IMG/VR virus record: IMGVR_UViG_3300043449_002450
Span: 64,001-128,000 of that record
Reading direction: 5' to 3' (one strand)
Source: a virus
Length of the DNA stretch: 64,000 bases
The notes under the pieces were generated by a model that searched no databases, had not been told where the DNA came from, and saw only the letters and a program-made list of their open reading frames with translations. Every line of letters begins with the position of its first letter. Position 1 is the stretch's first letter. The position numbers and the translations under genes are program-made. This document shows, in pieces, positions 60,681-64,000 of this stretch.

Positions 60681-61628
60681 ATGCCCCAGAATCTAGACCT
60701 ACAACCTATCACCCTTCCCATGGCGATCCGCTTCGGCGAGAAGCCCACAACCGAGTTTGTCAACAGCCTTGATGCACTCAAGCTCGAGCTTGTTGACGCT
60801 CCGGACCCCTACACCATTCGACAGGCTGTCTACTGCTTTGTCAAGTCGACCTGGGCTGACCAGCATGTTCCATTCCGCGATGCATCTGATGCTGATCTCT
60901 CGAAGACTCTTGAGGACGTCTTCGCAGGACGTGCTCTTCCTGCAGCGATGGAGCTGATCGGTCTCACCTTCCTCGTGGGTGGCATCGACACACAGACCGT
61001 GACTCACCTCATCCGCCACCGTGCAGGTTCCTTCGCAGCACAGTGCACCGGCGACCGTTGGCTCTCTCACGAGCGCAGCCTTGTTCCTGGTTCCATCCAG
61101 AACAGTCCGGAGTTCTATGCCCGGTGGCAGGCGCATGTCCAGGAGGCGAAGGAGCTCTACACAGACATGGTCGACTCCAAGCAGATCAGCCTGATGGATG
61201 CTCGCCACGTCCTTCCCAAGTGCCTTGAGACCTTCTACTACATGCGCATGAACATCCGTGACGCGTTTGGTTTCATCAAGCAGCGGCAGGATAAGCAGAT
61301 CCAGCCCGAGGAGGACAACATCCTCGCAGCTCTCATGGCCCGCGAGATCATCAAGATCTTCCCTGAGGCACACGTGGCGATCAACCTCCGCGAGCCTGCC
61401 TGGCACTACATCAAGACGTTTCGCAATGGCACGGGCACCAACCTCTACTGGCCTGATGAGGACAGTGAGAAGCACCTTACATACCACCCGAACGACACGA
61501 TCTACCAGGCAACTCGTGACGACATGAATGGCGCGGATGGCGGCGTCCCACACTTCCGCAAGCTCTGGAATGAGATCCTGTCTGACATCGACACTCTCGT
61601 TACTAACTACAAGAATAGCAAGGTATAA
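60681..61628 (+). CDS. Divergent ThyX-fold flavoprotein (second paralogue, altered active site)
   Basis: LTF...THLIRHRAGSF, DARHVLP and NIR...F...R...Q.E ThyX scaffold, but GH replaced by GRALP and SxRY by CTGDRW; GAGG SD; strong C-ending codon bias. Confidence 0.8.
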   Translation: MPQNLDLQPITLPMAIRFGEKPTTEFVNSLDALKLELVDAPDPYTIRQAVYCFVKSTWADQHVPFRDASDADLSKTLEDVFAGRALPAAMELIGLTFLVGGIDTQTVTHLIRHRAGSFAAQCTGDRWLSHERSLVPGSIQNSPEFYARWQAHVQEAKELYTDMVDSKQISLMDARHVLPKCLETFYYMRMNIRDAFGFIKQRQDKQIQPEEDNILAALMAREIIKIFPEAHVAINLREPAWHYIKTFRNGTGTNLYWPDEDSEKHLTYHPNDTIYQATRDDMNGADGGVPHFRKLWNEILSDIDTLVTNYKNSKV

Positions 61629-61630
61629 CA

Positions 61631-62074
61631 ATGAATAACGTCTACATCGCAAGTGGCTGGTTCTCTCCTGAATGGCTCCAGGAGGTCGAGGACATCAAGA
61701 AGGTCCTCGAGGATCTCGACCTCGCTTACTTCTCTCCCAAGGACTATGCCATCGCAGAGGCTGACTCTTCGACTGACACCCAGAAGCAGATCTTTGACGG
61801 CAACGTCAAACACCTTGACACCTGTGACTGGATGGTCTGCAATACCCGCAATAAGGATATGGGATCGATCTGGGAGGCAGGTTATTTCTACAGTCTCAAC
61901 AAGCCCATCGTCTACTTCTGTGCAGGTCTACCACCGGGCGCCAAGTTTAATCTGATGCTTGCAGCAAGTGGTGTTGCTGTGTGCACATCCGTCCAGGACC
62001 TACGTGATTATCTTCGTCAGTGCAAGGAGGCAGGCAAGCTCTTGCCACGCACCTACGGCGGATTGATCGAGTAG
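61631..62074 (+). CDS. Nucleoside 2'-deoxyribosyltransferase/nucleotide N-hydrolase family protein
   Basis: VYIASGWFS, YFSP, DMGSIWEAGY (catalytic Glu), KPIV and FNLML. Confidence 0.85.
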   Translation: MNNVYIASGWFSPEWLQEVEDIKKVLEDLDLAYFSPKDYAIAEADSSTDTQKQIFDGNVKHLDTCDWMVCNTRNKDMGSIWEAGYFYSLNKPIVYFCAGLPPGAKFNLMLAASGVAVCTSVQDLRDYLRQCKEAGKLLPRTYGGLIE

Positions 62075-62087
62075 CCTGCAGTAATGC

Positions 62088-62129
62088 TTCAAGCCTCACC
62101 AACGTGATAAATAGTTGGTGAGGCTTGAA
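62088..62129 (+). promoter_or_regulatory. Perfect 16-bp inverted repeat with a late-promoter motif in the loop and the SD in the 3' arm
   Basis: TTCAAGCCTCACCAAC-GTGATAAATA-GTTGGTGAGGCTTGAA. Confidence 0.75.
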
Positions 62130-62133
62130 CTAT

Positions 62134-62583
62134 ATGGATAGAATGATGATTAGGCGCATGGTTCTGAAAGAGATGCATGATCACATGGCGCATGCACATC
62201 ACAAGCACCGCCACCATGATGAAGAACACGATGATCATGAGGGGCGCGTCTTTCACCACAACGGAGCTGAGGCTGAGAGTGACATGATTCACTCCAATCT
62301 CTGGACTCTCAAGACACAGGCTTGTGATCTCTACGATATGATCGGAGATAGAGACGATCTTCCAGAGTGGGTCCAGGAGAAAATAGCTGTTGCTGGATCG
62401 ATGCTCGATTCAGTCTACGACTATCTTCACTATGAGTATCATGGCGAGGAAGAAGATAGACACGTTCACAGTGATAGAATTGCTTCTTTTGAGACAGGAC
62501 ACAACTTTGCTTCTGATGCTGATGTTTATGTCGCTCATTTAAATGAAAAGGCGTCGCGGCGCCTTCGCAGAAGAAGAGCCTGA
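62134..62583 (+). CDS. His/Asp-rich hypothetical protein, putative late head-internal protein
   Basis: MIRRMVLKE N-terminus, His tract and DDLPEWVQEKI...VYDYLHYE helical motif; GGTGAGG SD. Confidence 0.65.
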   Translation: MDRMMIRRMVLKEMHDHMAHAHHKHRHHDEEHDDHEGRVFHHNGAEAESDMIHSNLWTLKTQACDLYDMIGDRDDLPEWVQEKIAVAGSMLDSVYDYLHYEYHGEEEDRHVHSDRIASFETGHNFASDADVYVAHLNEKASRRLRRRRA

Positions 62584-62609
62584 ATGTGAATCCAGCCCAC
62601 GGTCGTGGG

Positions 62610-62637
62610 TGTAAAATAAGGCCACGGTGGCTATGAT
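62610..62637 (+). promoter_or_regulatory. Putative early/middle promoter TGTAAA-N16-TATGAT
   Basis: Matches the recurring motif; ATG 62644 lies 6 nt downstream with no SD. Confidence 0.6.
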
Positions 62638-62643
62638 GTGAGC

Positions 62644-63624
62644 ATGAAAGTTCTCATTACTGGCCACCGTGGCTTTATAGCGTCTAATCTTCCAAGAGCA
62701 CTCGAGGATCTGGGTCATGAGGTCGTCGCTCCTCATGATATCCACCTGGACTTCAAAATCAAGTCAGGCGAGCATTGCGTCCACAGGAACTCTGAGGATC
62801 ATTGGGCGCGTGAGCTTGACTATCACGGCGTCGACGTTGTCATACACAACGCTGCGCTTGTTGGAACAGATGTTGTCGCGCTTAATCCCTCTGAGGCAAC
62901 ACTTTCTAACGTGACCGGGACATACAACATCTGTCGAGCTGCTGAAAAATCTGGTGCAGCTTTGCTCTATCTGGGCACAACTGTGATCTATGACACAGAT
63001 CGCTATCAAGATGTTGAGATCACTGAGCGATCCTCGCACGGCCCGCAGACGCTTTACGGTTCTCTGAAACTGGCAGGCGAGCACATCGTCCGCGCACACA
63101 GCACGAGGTGGTCGATCGTCCGCCCGCTCTTCTGCTACGGCGGCGTAGGTGACAACAACTCACTGATCGCGAAGGGGTTCTTTGGTGCTGCCAGCGGCAA
63201 GGAGAAGATCGACATGTTCCTCGATCCGAAGAAGATCAAGGACTACATGCGCGTGGAGGACTTCTGCGATGCTGTGGCAACTGTCGTGGACAAGGAGCTC
63301 TGGAACGATGACTGGAACGTCGCAGCGGAGACGCCTGAGAACACGGGCAAGATCGTCGAGATGATGAGCGAGATCTCGTGCAAGGATCTAAAGGGTGTGG
63401 TAAAATGGCACCCAGGAACCGACTACTTGGGTAACCATCGTCTAAGCTCACAGAAGTTCAGGGATGCATCTGGTTGGTCTCCAAAGTTCGACCTATATGG
63501 TGGCTTGAAAAAGTCATGGAATGACATCCAGCGCAATCTGGGTTCAACGGATTACAATCCCCTCCGCTACCTGGAAGATGCCAAGAAGCGCGGCCTTGAT
63601 CTCACACAATTCTTCAACCGGTGA
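62644..63624 (+). CDS. NAD-dependent NDP-sugar epimerase/dehydratase (extended SDR)
   Basis: MKVLITGHRGFIA Rossmann motif, VIHNAA, NVTGT, YGSLK (YxxxK) and DYMRVEDF. Confidence 0.9.
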   Translation: MKVLITGHRGFIASNLPRALEDLGHEVVAPHDIHLDFKIKSGEHCVHRNSEDHWARELDYHGVDVVIHNAALVGTDVVALNPSEATLSNVTGTYNICRAAEKSGAALLYLGTTVIYDTDRYQDVEITERSSHGPQTLYGSLKLAGEHIVRAHSTRWSIVRPLFCYGGVGDNNSLIAKGFFGAASGKEKIDMFLDPKKIKDYMRVEDFCDAVATVVDKELWNDDWNVAAETPENTGKIVEMMSEISCKDLKGVVKWHPGTDYLGNHRLSSQKFRDASGWSPKFDLYGGLKKSWNDIQRNLGSTDYNPLRYLEDAKKRGLDLTQFFNR

Positions 63625-63630
63625 AATAAC

Positions 63631-64000
63631 ATGAGTATCATTCGACCTCCGGATCGGTTTGTGGGCCTCCATGCCCACTCCGGTTTCTCGACCATGGACG
63701 GCCTCGGCTATCCTGCCCAGCACATTGACTTTGTGCTGAAGAACGGCATGGATGCCTGGGCACTGACAGACCACGGCAACGGCAGCGGTCTTGCCCACGC
63801 TCAGTCACACGCTAAGAAGATGAAGAAGGCTGGCCAGAAGTATCGCCAGCTGAACGGCGTGGAGTTCTACTTTGTCCCATCGTTGAAGAACTGGGCAGAT
63901 CAGTATCAAGATCACAAGGACGCTGTCGCTGCCGCTCGTTCTGAGAAGAAGGCGAAGGAGGCGACCGACATCGATGCTGATGATGAGGCAGGTGCAGGTC
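63631..64000 (+). CDS. dnaE: DNA polymerase III alpha subunit, N-terminal PHP domain (3'-truncated; not in the ORF track)
   Basis: Own translation: MSIIRPPDRFVGLHAHSGFSTMDGLG...ALTDHGN...GVEFY, open to the window end. Only the PHP part is visible. Confidence 0.8.
   Translation, partial: MSIIRPPDRFVGLHAHSGFSTMDGLGYPAQHIDFVLKNGMDAWALTDHGNGSGLAHAQSHAKKMKKAGQKYRQLNGVEFYFVPSLKNWADQYQDHKDAVAAARSEKKAKEATDIDADDEAGAG

Noticed and set aside
60699-61652. 317-aa antisense ORF covering the ThyX paralogue
   Set aside because: It mirrors the sense gene in register. Strong C-ending codon bias removes antisense stops, and there is no SD or recognisable motif.
1-64000. Stop-codon reassignment, as in some large phages
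   Set aside because: Conserved genes are full length in the standard code, and TAA, TGA and TAG all end genes at tight junctions.

Overview
A 64 kb, almost entirely + strand segment of a large (probably jumbo) contractile-tailed phage with distant T4-type head and tail genes. Standard genetic code; no tRNA, rRNA, CRISPR, intron or intein seen. Gene order: baseplate/tail-fibre-type structural genes (1-9.2 kb); RuvC, primase and a fused Mre11-Rad50 (9.2-14.1 kb); head module with terminase, portal, prohead protease, scaffold and major capsid (14.7-25.9 kb); neck, two tandem tail sheaths, tube, a probably frameshifted chaperone, tape measure and baseplate hub (26-46 kb); replication and recombination genes (minimal PolA, degenerate HD protein, SSB, RecA, 5'-3' exonuclease, DnaB-type helicase, class II RNR, ClpP; 46-56.7 kb); a repair and nucleotide-metabolism cluster (56.9-63.6 kb); and the start of a DnaE. 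The best candidate for an undescribed system is the 57.9-63.6 kb cluster. It holds a second ThyX paralogue with a rewired active site, two all-alpha NTP pyrophosphatase domains, a HAD nucleotidase, a deoxyribosyltransferase and an NDP-sugar epimerase, next to a eukaryote-type MBD4 glycosylase and a Mimivirus-like Nei, which suggests a new DNA base-modification pathway with matched repair. Also notable: a readable two-class promoter code with late genes inserted as hairpin-locked cassettes into replication operons, many apparently leaderless genes, and near absence of GTAC. All family calls are by motif recognition from memory; no searches were run.
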